A stretch of DNA of 64,000 nt from Entomortierella parvispora E1425 (lineage: Eukaryota; Fungi; Mortierellomycota), in the NCBI GenBank assembly GCA_020891255.1, contig BQFW01000012.1:1240001-1304000 (forward strand), written 5' to 3'. Each line of letters begins with the position of its first letter. The stretch's first letter is position 1. The position numbers were made by a program, and so were the translations under genes. The notes under the pieces were generated by a model, which had not been told where the DNA came from, did not search any database, and was given only the letters and a program-made list of their open reading frames with translations. This document shows positions 14,558-25,076 of the stretch, in pieces.

Positions 14558-14797
14558 TTACGTACATGTTATTTAAGAAAAATTTTCAATATTTCAACTC
14601 TCCTGGTGCCAGCTTGCGCTCAGCTGTCCTGTCGAATCTGCTGCGTGATGCAGTCTTCTTGTCATGAAGTAAAAAAAAAAAAAAAAAAAAGGCCTTTCTC
14701 TTGTTCTCTTGATAAAAGGAAGGCTGTTCCAGGTATGATCACGTGATGATGTCAGAACTTGGATCGTGATAGGAAGAGGCACCATCATCCAATCTAA

Positions 14798-14869
14798 AGC
14801 AAAGTCGCCCAGAGGAAGAGCGCTGGGCTCATAACCCAGAGGTCGGTGGATCGAAACCACCCTTTGCTA
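14798..14869 (+). tRNA. initiator tRNA-Met (CAT), copy 1
   Basis: 72 nt cloverleaf with A1:U72, anticodon stem CTGGG/CCCAG, loop CTCATAA and T-loop ATCGAAA (A54/A60), all typical of eukaryotic tRNAi. Confidence 0.95.
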
Positions 14870-15006
14870 TGCTGAGGCCCTTCGAGGATTCTTTTTTTTG
14901 CATTTTTTCTGTCGCCGATGACTCATCGGAGGAAGTGCCAAAACTGCGGATTTAGGTCGGGATATCAAGCGCCATCCTTTCTTTTATTTTCTATATGGAC
15001 TCTTCA

Positions 15007-15078
15007 AGCAAAGTCGCCCAGAGGAAGAGCGCTGGGCTCATAACCCAGAGGTCGGTGGATCGAAACCACCCTTTGCTA
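15007..15078 (+). tRNA. initiator tRNA-Met (CAT), copy 2, identical to copy 1
   Basis: Same 72 nt sequence, offset by 209 bp. Confidence 0.95.
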
Positions 15079-16479
15079 CAATCTCCTGAGCCTGGGGCCC
15101 CATTGGGAACTCGGGTTTACTTTTTTTGCTTCAAGAGCTTTTGCCCCAAGTTGTACTGAATGCAAAACAGACACACAAATTACGAAAAGTCGTGTATTGG
15201 GATCAATTGCTTGTTCGATTTCGCGTGAGCAGTTGAACGGCGGGTGTTTGGGACTACAAGTGGGGGCAGCACAAACAGATGTAGTGAAAACTTTTGTCGC
15301 CAAAGCTGACATTGCAGGCAAGCACAGCTCTAACTAAAGACGCGTGCTGGTCTCATGATTAAATTACTCTCATCGCAACCAGTTACACAAAATAATTGTG
15401 GGCCAAGGGCCAATAAACTAGTTCATCTGGGGACAGCTTCGCCAAGTAAGCTTCTGATGTCAAGCGACGGTGTACCACGTCTTGTCAAAGCACTTTTCTT
15501 TCCCCCCCTTCTTTCTTCACCACCAACAGCTGACAACGACGGAAGAAATTGGAAAGACGACAATTCTGATCTCATGCTCCTCATTTCGGTTGTCGACTCT
15601 TACCACTTTCTTCTCAATGAGATTCCACGCCAGCTATGTAGGGCGAAGCAGAGTGCACAAGGTCCAAATATTTTGCGAACTTGAGCTTTTCTTTGTATTC
15701 GTTCTCCTGCCTTCCATTTCTTTCCATTCGTTTTTTTTTTTTTGCTCCAAACGAGGCACAGCATTGTCCGCGTTCAATCAAGGCAAGGGGATCGTCTCGT
15801 CGCCCTTGGCGTCACTGTAAGTACAATTGAAGGGCAAGATAACCAATGGAAAAGCATATCCATGATGCTTTGCTCGACTTTTGAAACTAGCCATGAATTT
15901 TAGTACGATCGACGGGAAGAATGGTGGCAAGTATTGGTGAAGGGTGACCAGAACTGTGGTGAAAACTGTGTTGTGGAAAAGTCCCGATATCTTCTCGGAT
16001 TTGTTTGTGCAGGTATTGTAGAGGGAAAATGTCCTCACACAGCCAATCAGACAAACACCGCCCTCTTTTATTGTTGTTGTCATATGGCCTGTGCGACTCT
16101 CGATGGTGCCAAAAAAAGGATCGGACAGTGCTCACCCACCTTCACCACAAAGCACAGCAGCGGGAAAACAGTGAAATTTCTACCTCAGTTCAACATCAAC
16201 AAAGCTTAGGCAATTAAGGACATGCAGTTGTCAATGGGTGGTCACAGGAGGTCAGAAGGCCAAAAGGGTGGCAACCTTGCATTAAGCTTCGCCATGGTCC
16301 CCATGTTGGTCATCATCTGACTATGGCGAAGTTTGTCAGCCGCAGACAGCGAGACCTTTTTTTTGGGGTAGGGGGGATGGGGTTAAAAGGGCCAGCATTT
16401 TATGAAATCTCTTGATCTCAACTCCCTTATCCCACCTTCCTCTTTTCTTCTACCATATCCCCTTCTTTGGAAATCCACA

Positions 16480-17156
16480 ATGTCCGTGGCTAGTTTCTAC
16501 GACTTTACTCCGCCAGTCAACCAGCTCTTCGCTGCTCTGGAGCACCAGCCCTTTCTTGCACATCACACGTGGCCACAATTCGATTACCATACTACTCCCT
16601 ATCAGGAGGCGTCTTTTGTCAACATTGAGGCTCGCATCATATCTCCTGCTGCAAATGTCATATCTTGTGATGAAGGAAGTCAAGGTCAGACGAGATTTTG
16701 AACGGATCTTATGTGCATTTTTTTTTCAAAGAGTATTGTAACTAACCTGCTGTCACGATAGATTACCTGCGGCTTATGAGGATAGAAAATTTGCACAATC
16801 CTGGAGAGAATATCCAACTGGCTTTCTTCTCCAGTCGCAAAAGTGACTTGAACCTTCTGGAACATGGGTATATCATCACTGCTAGGAACGCAAAGGTAAC
16901 GTTTCTGGTGCAGAATCAAAGAGGAAAAAAAATATGTGTCAAAAAATAGAGGGAATCTGACGCTTGCTTTTTTCGTTGTCTGTCGTGATCTTGATACCAA
17001 TCATAGTTCCTCAGGCACATAAGATTCGGGTGGCAGGCTCAAATTACGGGTGATAATCTGGAATGGACCGTACAAAAGCCGCAATGTCCTATCATGGCCA
17101 CACCTTTGCGGTACACGCCCAGATTTCCAACCTTTCGCCCAAGAGTGCCAATCTGA
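16480..17156 (+). CDS. small stand-alone OB-fold protein (POT1 OB1-like), paralog 1
   Basis: Exons 16480-16684, 16762-16895 and 17007-17156 give FVNIEARIIS..CDEGSQDYLRLMRIENLHNPGENIQLAFFSSRKSDLNLLEHGYIITARNAKFLRHIRFGWQAQI. Aligns with its neighbour and shares both intron positions. Confidence 0.65.
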
Positions 17157-17520
17157 CGGTACTGATGTTACTGACCTCTAACAGACTGGCAAACATCTCC
17201 ATAGTTCATTTCCCCATTCACGAGCAGCAATAGGGAATAAAATAAGAAATGCCGTCATCAACGCAGTTTTATTTCATACTGTATATTCTTGGAGAGAGAG
17301 AGGGTGAACAGGATGGATGCTGGAGAGATCCACCTCTGGTCATGTTCATTTAATCTTTATAGCTATCACCAAAAATTGGTGTCTAGGTGATGGAAGTGTG
17401 GGTGCCGTGGCAACGATATATGGAGGATTAGAGGCCCAGGCATTTCATTCCTTACCCTCTCCCCCGTCCGCTCCATTGGTTTGCCTCTCATATACGCCCT
17501 TCTTCTCAACACCAACACTC

Positions 17521-18159
17521 ATGGAGCTATCAAAGGAGAAAAGAAAGATGGGCACTGTCAACCACTCTACCACTCGCCCCTCATTGCCTTTGATGACAAG
17601 ACTGTCGGATTTAGAACCCTCTCGAATTCGAACCAGTATCAACATTGCAGGGCGCGTTGTTAGCATTGGGCCGCTCGTCCTCTGCGAGAGCGGAACGCAA
17701 GGTTTTGTCAAGAGCCTTTCCTTTCCTGCTATCTCTCCTGACTTCTCGTTAGAATGAACAGATGCCTGATCCCCTTTCTATCCATCATAAAAAAAAAAAA
17801 ATTAGACTTCTTGCGCGTGTTGCAGATCGAGGATATTTACAATCCGAGTCGTCTGGTTCGATGTGCTCTTTTCTTGACAGAGGGCCACGACTTGGGAGAT
17901 ATTGAGTCCAAAGATGTTATATACGCCTTTGGCGTGAGGGTAAGGGGGACTGTGCTGATGGTTGTACAGAAACGATCTCATTTCAAAGTCTTATTCGTCT
18001 GCCCCACCTTGCCAACTGATCGCCCGTTAGTACATTTGCCATGAGAGATACGGTATGCAGATCCAAGTGTCCCGGCTCCAAGAGAATAATTGGGTGGTGA
18101 TGAAGTCGACACACCCCTTGCCAAGTCGACGACGAATGCTGGCAGCAACTCAACGTTGA
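17521..18159 (+). CDS. small stand-alone OB-fold protein (POT1 OB1-like), paralog 2
   Basis: Exons 17521-17701, 17806-17939 and 18031-18159 give SINIAGRVVSIGPLVLCESGTQDFLRVLQIEDIYNPSRLVRCALFLTEGHDLGDIESKDVIYAFGVRYICHERYGMQIQV. Confidence 0.65.
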
Positions 18160-19432
18160 CGCCATAGACCACCATCCGCTCATCTGTTCACTGGCAAATA
18201 ATGCAATGGGCATGCCACTGACCCTACCGAATGAAAAGGGTCGCGTGCCTGCCTCACGTCAAGGGCACAGCGTCTATGGCAATAAAACATTATCCACGAT
18301 TGCACTAATCTTAGGACTGCATGGACGTTGCCCTCCTAATGGCCCATTTTGTCTTCAAACATAATTAACATTGAACGTTTTCCCCTAGAAACATCATTGC
18401 CCAATGACATTTGTTGCGTAGCGTTTCCTTTCGTCGTTTAGAGTTGTTGAGGTTGTCGGGAGGGAATTAAAAGGCGGGTGGTTGGTGCAACCCGAAAGTG
18501 GACTGAACGCGAAATGAAAAAGTGAGCGGTCGAGACAGCTGTGCTGTGTCAAATGTCCGGACAAAAAAGAAAAGACAAAACTAAAAAATCGCATGCCCGG
18601 TAGACTGAGCACAAGTTGAGGCACGTTCGGTGGTCGTGCATGTCGAGTCACTGATCTTGGAACAACATATCTCCACATTCTCTTTCGAAGCTACAGAAAC
18701 ACTATGTAAGCGTCAGGATTGTGCTTACGAGAGGAAAAGGGAGGAACGGATAAATCTTTTCTCTCCTATCGATCCAATCTTCAATGACCGTCATGATGGG
18801 TGCGTTGAGCTAGCAGTGGGTTCCGTGGGGCTATTCATTTTCTGTGTTTTGATCTCAGCAGTGAAATAGCTGTGCGTCTTGTTGTCGGAATCATGAACCC
18901 TAGTGTGTCATCGTTCGCAGAAGAAACAAAAAATTCAACTGGCGCAAGTCTCTTGTCATGTCTCAATGCTTCTCGCATGCCTCGTTTTTAATGGCCCCCT
19001 CGACTGTCGATCCCATTCCACATCCGTGCTTGGGTTTCTTCCATCGCTCGTCACTCTTGCTCGTCCATTGTTGTCACTAGCAGGAGAGCTGCGAGGACAT
19101 TGAAAAAAAAAAACTCAGGTATGTCAGACCCTTGTTTGTTGGTGTTTGTTCATTGAACATTTGTTTCTGACTCTCGGCAGTTGTTTGCTCCAAGTTGCCA
19201 GAACAAATAAAAGTACGGTCTGACGCTTGCTTTCCCCCCTTTCTCTTCCATCGTTCTTTTAATTCCTGACCTGTGCCCTCGACTTCCCGAAGCATTCATA
19301 GCTTCCATTTTTTTTCTTTTCTTTTTCGTTGGGTTTATCAGTCATTCCCACCGTTATAAGTCCCCTCTGTCCTCCGACATCTTTCAAACAACCATAACCA
19401 CAACAACGCTAACCCAGTCCAGACCTCGGTTA

Positions 19433-22057
19433 ATGGTCGCGACCACTTGCTTCACACTTGCATTCTTACTCGTTGCATCTTCCTCGTCTTCATCTTCTCC
19501 CGTGTCTACTTCCTCTGCTTCTTTCTCTCCGTCCACAGAGTCCATTACTGTCTCTCACCCATCACCACTTCTTGACCTTTACTCAAGGCCAGTGGCACAT
19601 GACCGCCGACGCCGAAGAGTGGGGGAGGTGGAGGGTGATTCTGAGACCGTGCGGCCCTCCCGGGTCGTCCAGAGAATCAGCAGAAGGAAGCGTAGAAGTA
19701 GTGCCCCGATGATCATTGCCGAGAGCCTGGTACTTGGGTGGGTAGAAATGAAAGGTAAGGGCAGATCGCAACAGACAAACAAACTGGAAAAAAAAATGAA
19801 CAGCGGAGGTCTCAATTGTGTTGCTTTCAGGGACTGAATTTCTTTGATCTTTTATATTTCCTTCAAACAGCTCCCAAAACCAAGGTGCTCCAACGCAGAG
19901 ATGGCGAGGACGAAGAGGAAGAAGAAGATTCTGATAAGAAAAAAGACTCTAGAGATCAACACAAACACCTTGAAGAGCACGAGCAAGAAGACGACCATTC
20001 GGGTGAGAAACAAACAACGAGCAGGACCCAAGAGACGACAGAGACGCCGATAGAGAAAAGGAACACCAAGCCCGAGAAGCAGAGCGGAAGCGAAAGGAGG
20101 AAGAAGAAGCCAAGGGCAAGGAGGAGGCCGATCGCCAAAGAGTAAAGGAGAAGGAAGAGGCCAAGGCCAAAGAAGAACAAGAGAGACAAAAGGACAAGGA
20201 AGAGGAAGAAAGGAAAGAGAGAGAACAGCAAGAGGCCAAGGAACGAGAGGAGAAGGAGAGGGAAGCTAAAGACAAAGCTGAAAGAGAGGCCAGAGAGGAG
20301 GCTGAGCGCAAAGCCAGAGAGGAAGCTGATCTCAAGGCGAAAGAAGAGGCTGAACGCAAGGCCAGAGAGGAAGCTGATGCAAAGGCCAAAGAGGAGGCTG
20401 AACGCAAGGCCAGAGAGGAAGCAGATGCAAAGGCCAAAGAGGAGGCTGATGCGAAGGCCAAGGAGGAAACAGATCTGAATGCAAAAGAAGAATCAGACCT
20501 GAAGGCCAAGGAAGAGGCCGATAAGAAGGCTGCCGAAGAAGAAGCTGCCCACAAGGCTAAAGAAGAAGAGGCCAAGATCAGAGATCAAAGCGAGGCTGAC
20601 GAAAGGGCCAGAAAAGAGGCCGAAGAGAAAAAAAATGAGCGCGAGAAGAACGAAAAGACCGAGCAGGAGGAGCGCGACCGACAAGCGCAAAAGGATGCTG
20701 ACAAAGACAACAAGGACAACCAGGGCCATAATGGTAACCAAGCCCATCTATATGCCATGTCTCTCTCCAATGCAGTCTTGATTCCTAACACTTTCTGGAC
20801 TATCCTCCTCTTCAATTAGACAAAGGGAAAGACGAAGAGTCAACTCTTGATGGCAATGAAGTCTTGAAGGAAAAGAGTGAAGATAGTAATTCCAAAAGGA
20901 CTGTTCTCGTTGTAGCCTCCACTGCTGGGTGCGCCGTCCTCGCAGCTATAATCTTTGGTCTTGTCTTTAGACACAAGCGTCAAGCTCGCAAGAAGTCCTC
21001 GGCCCTCAACAGATATTTGAACCGTACTGTCGAGCTCCACCCAATGTACGGCCAGTCTTCTCACTCGTCATTCGGAGGATATCGCAGCAACGGCGAAGAG
21101 ACTGATCTGGCTACCTGGTCCGCTTCCCAACCGTCGCAGCATCAGCAGTCATCACAAAAGCTTGCTCATGACGATCTCCATAGCAATTGGAATGGGCCTA
21201 TGCCTTCTTCCATGCCATCGCTTCTTCCAGTCGACCGCCAGCACTACCCCGGCCACGATGATGTCGACGAGAGAATGGGCCATGAGATGGTTCAGTATGG
21301 CCACTTTTACCCTCAACAACCACCTTTTATGACTTACGACCCCCAACATCAATATCATGACGCGTACCAACAGCAGTACCATCAACACCACTACTACCCC
21401 GAAGACTCTTACGACACCTACGGCCAAGAGTTCAACGATAATGAACAACACCACTCTCAACTTCGCACCGGCCCTGTTTTAACAGCTGCGCTGACTGTAA
21501 CGAACAACCCCGGGCAGCCATCATCCTACTTCATTTCCACATCCCCCGAACCTGCCGCAGTTGCTACGCTGTCCCCGCCACCAAGGGAGGCCGGTCTTCT
21601 ACCCATCTTCACTGCAGATCTTCCACAAGCTGAGGCGGCGCCTTCAAGCTCGTCTCCAGCGCAGGACAAGCCAAGGGTAATCCGTTCTCCCGAAGCCATT
21701 GTGGAAAGAGAAGCAGAAAAGGGCACATTTGTTGTGCGGATGGGACGAGACTCAAGAGGCATTCATCCTCCCAACATCAACATCATTGCACAAGATAACG
21801 ACAACACAGACAGCAGGAGCGGCGTCTACCCTCTTCCTCTGAACAGACATGAATTCAAAGCAAACCCTGGTCTGCGCACGACCTTCAAACCCGCATCCGT
21901 TTCTGCCCTGATCGCCTCGGAGCTCACATATTCCCCACCAGTCAGGAGCGCAGCCGGCGATGAAGAGTCTGGAACATTACCCAGGCAGGGATCACCATCT
22001 GAGGAACTGTCTTCACCAAAGACCGTTCGGCGGTCGGGCAGTCTGCTATTTGAGTAA
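19433..22057 (+). CDS. putative type I membrane protein with charged coiled-coil (KAKEEA) stalk; apparent -1 frameshift near 20008
   Basis: Hydrophobic N-terminus (MVATTCFTLAFLLVA), introns 19755-19870 and 20734-20819, E/K/A-rich repeats, TM segment VLVVASTAGCAVLAAIIFGLVF followed by RHKRQARKK, low-complexity tail. Confidence 0.65.
20280..20520 (+). repeat. coding tandem repeat, 24/48 nt units (EEAERKAR / EEADAKAK)
   Basis: GAGGAGGCTGAACGCAAGGCCAGAGAGGAAGCTGATGCAAAGGCCAAA-like units repeated. Confidence 0.85.
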
Positions 22058-22375
22058 AAAGACCAGAAAGAAGAATGCAGCAAAATAAACATTTGAACGA
22101 TACTTCCAAATGTGCGGCGCTTTTTTGATGCTATTTTTTTTTGTGTTTCACCATCGGTACATCCGAGAAGGCCCGAAGGCCACGGACCCGCTGATTCTTC
22201 CAAACGAAGCGAGTGCTCGTACGCAGTTTGCAGCTGGGAAAGTTGAGGACGGTGGATGGACAAACAAGACTCAAAGGGGACAAGCAAAAGATGTTTAAAT
22301 ACCTCATGAAGTTCCACCTTGCCTTGCTCGATGAACCCCTCCGCTCCTTTTTCTTTCTAGCGTAATAGTCCAGAT

Positions 22376-23587
22376 ATGGCTCCTTCAACTACCATTACCA
22401 AGGCCGCCGTTTTCAACGGCCCCAAGCCCACGCTTTCTTGACCATCACTGAGATTCCAATTCGTGAGCCCACCTCAGGAGAAGCTGTCGTAGAGATCCTG
22501 GCAGCTCGTGTTCTCAGCTACGCATCCGAGATCTTTGATGGCAGTCGTCCTTACCCAAACCTTCTCCCTCTCGTTCCCGGAGCGGGCGGTATTGGCATCA
22601 TTCGGTCCATTGGTCCTGGCAACACCACACTACAAACTGGCCAAATGGTGGTGATTGATCCAACGATTCGCGCTCGTGATAATGCCATCTCGCCTGACAT
22701 CATGCTTCATGGCCTCATTGCCTATGGTCCTGGACCTCAAAGTCTGCAGTCCGTGTGGAACCATGGTACATGGGCTGAGAAATCGATCATCCCTGTCGAA
22801 AACTTAGTAAGAATTGCGCCCAACAGTTAGGTAACCATGGCGGATGCTAAATGTAACATCGTCAACTAAACAACGTTTTGACTTACTTTGACCGTCTCAG
22901 AACAAACAGTTCGCCGTGCCACCCAGTCTCCAGACCAAGTATACCAGTGCGCAGCTGACGACCATCGGAACCTTTGCAGTCGTCTATGGAGGTCTTCTCT
23001 CCGCAGACTTCAAGGCAGGCCAGACCATTGCCATCACAGGTGCCACCGGCCCTTTTGGTTCATCCGCCGTAGCGGTCGCTTTGGCCATGGGCGCGCGTCG
23101 CGTCATTGCATCAGGACGCAACGCAGCGGTTTTGGAATCGCTTGTGGCCAAGTTGGGTCCTCGTGTCTTTCCTTTGGTCGCCACAGCAGATGAGACTCTA
23201 GACACGGCCAACTTCCGAAAAGCCGCCGGAGAGGGTTTCCAGATCGACGTGACCTTTGATATCTTGCCCCCCACGGCTCCATTTTCGACAGCCAGGGCGG
23301 CCATTGGTGCGTTGCGATTTGGTGGTACTGCCGTATTGATGGGTGGTGTTCAGAGCAATGTCGAGTTGCCCTACCCGGTCATCATGAGCAACAATTTGAC
23401 GATCAAGGGCAACTTCATGTACACACGAGCAGCGAACGTGAATCTGCTTGGCATGCTGGATTCTGGACTGCTCGATCCAACTTTGGTCCAGGGAACGTCA
23501 TTCAAGCTGGATCAGGCCGATGAGGCTGTTCAGTGGTCCAAGAACCATGCTGGTCCTTTTGAGGCTACGCTTTTGACGCCAAATTGA
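22376..23587 (+). CDS. MDR-superfamily (zinc-independent ADH/quinone reductase-like) oxidoreductase, copy 1; -1 frameshift at about 22433 (pseudogene or sequence error)
   Basis: ATG 22376 (MAPSTTITKAAVFNGPKPT) hits TGA at 22439-22441. Homology to copy 2 continues in the shifted frame (FLTITEIPIREPTSGEAVVEIL). Intron 22807-22909. Nucleotide-binding motif AITGATGPFG. Confidence 0.8.
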
Positions 23588-23832
23588 GGCACGCAAGTGA
23601 ATTTATCCGTTATCTGCCAATAAAAATACGTGCTAACGATCCGTGACCTGGCTAAGCCCTTCACATGCGCAGCGCCCACCAATGGTAGCCTGGACGTCCA
23701 TGGAGTTTCTTGGTTTTTTTTTCTTTCTGAATGTCACAATAACCTATAAAAGCCTCTCCTGTTTGTTTCCCTCTTTTGAAAATCCTCGCAATCTTTTCTT
23801 GACCAACCTCCCTCACAAAAAAAAAAAAAAAA

Positions 23833-25076
23833 ATGGCAACGACCGCGAGAGCAGCTTTATTTACAGGACCAAAGGCCACTCAGCCTTACCTAGAGTTTGT
23901 TGAGCTCCCCATCCGCGAACCGGCTGCAGGCGAGGCCGTCGTCGAAATTTTGGCGGCCCATGTTCGAAGCTATGTTTCCGAGAACCTCAGTGGCGAACGT
24001 CCTTTCAGGAGCATTCCGCCCATGGTCCCTGGAAATGGAGGCATTGGTGTTATCCGAGCTATCGGGCCTGGCAATACCCTTTTGGAAGTGGGCCAGTTGG
24101 TCGCCATTGATCCCGCGATTCGTGCTCGTGACAATGCAATTTCTCCAGATACCATCATCATGGGCTTTTACGCTGCAGGTCCAGGAGGCAAAAGTCTTCA
24201 CTCTGTCTGGAAGAATGGAACTTGGGCTGAGAAGGCCGTTATTCCTTTTGAAGTGCTGGTAAGAAAAAAAAAAGCCCGCCCCTACTTTCAGTTTCTTTGA
24301 ACAAGAGTTCAAAATGACAATAACTGAAGCATTTTTTTTCTTGTTTCCTCCGTCTCATGGACTTGTAGTTTCCAATCCCACCAAGTCTTCAAGAAAAGTA
24401 CGAAGTTCATACACTGGCGTCTCTTCCGGGATACTGCATCTCTTATGGAGGGCTCTGGGATTCACTCAGTCCAGGAGAGACTATTGCCATCACCGGTGCA
24501 ACAGGTCCCTTCGGTGCATCTACCGTTGCGGTGGCTCTGGCTATGGGTGCCAGACGTGTCATTGCCTCAGGCCGCAATGAGGCTACTTTGAAGACGTATG
24601 TAGAAAAGTTTGGTCCTCGTGTCGTTCCTTTGGTCACCACAGGGGACGAGGCGCAGGACACTGCCAATTTCAAAAAGGCAGCAGGAGAAGGGTATGAGAT
24701 CGATGTGTCCTTTGATATCCTCCCCCCAACCGCTCCCTTTGCCACAGCCAGAGCGGCCATCAATGCAGTGCGAACCAACGGTACTGTCGTTCTGATGGGA
24801 GGAGTTCGCGCCAATATCGAGTTCCCTTACTCCCAACTGGTATTCAACAACTTGACCATCAAGGGTCGCTTTATGAACTCAAGATCGGCAGTGGTACAGC
24901 TTCTGGCCATGATGGAGGCTGGTTTGCTAGATCCCATGCTGATCGAGTACAAGACTTTCTGTCTTGATCAGATTGAGGAGAGTCTCCAATGGGCCAAGAC
25001 ACACGCAGGACCCTTTGAGGCGACTGTGCTGCTTCCCAATGCCAAAAGTAACCAGCCATTCCCAAAGGAGCAATAA
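23833..25076 (+). CDS. MDR-superfamily oxidoreductase, copy 2 (intact)
   Basis: Exons 23833-24258 and 24369-25076 are in frame. GroES-like N-domain plus Rossmann motif AITGATGPFG. Same intron position as copy 1. Confidence 0.88.

Noticed and set aside
19949-20815. Antisense Ala/Ser/Leu-rich ORFs over the KAKEEA repeats, and similar poly-Leu/Val/Ala ORFs over the polyQ and polyN tracts (4811-5156, 30520-31383, 38233-38915)
   Set aside because: Artefacts of low-complexity coding repeats that lack stop codons on the opposite strand.
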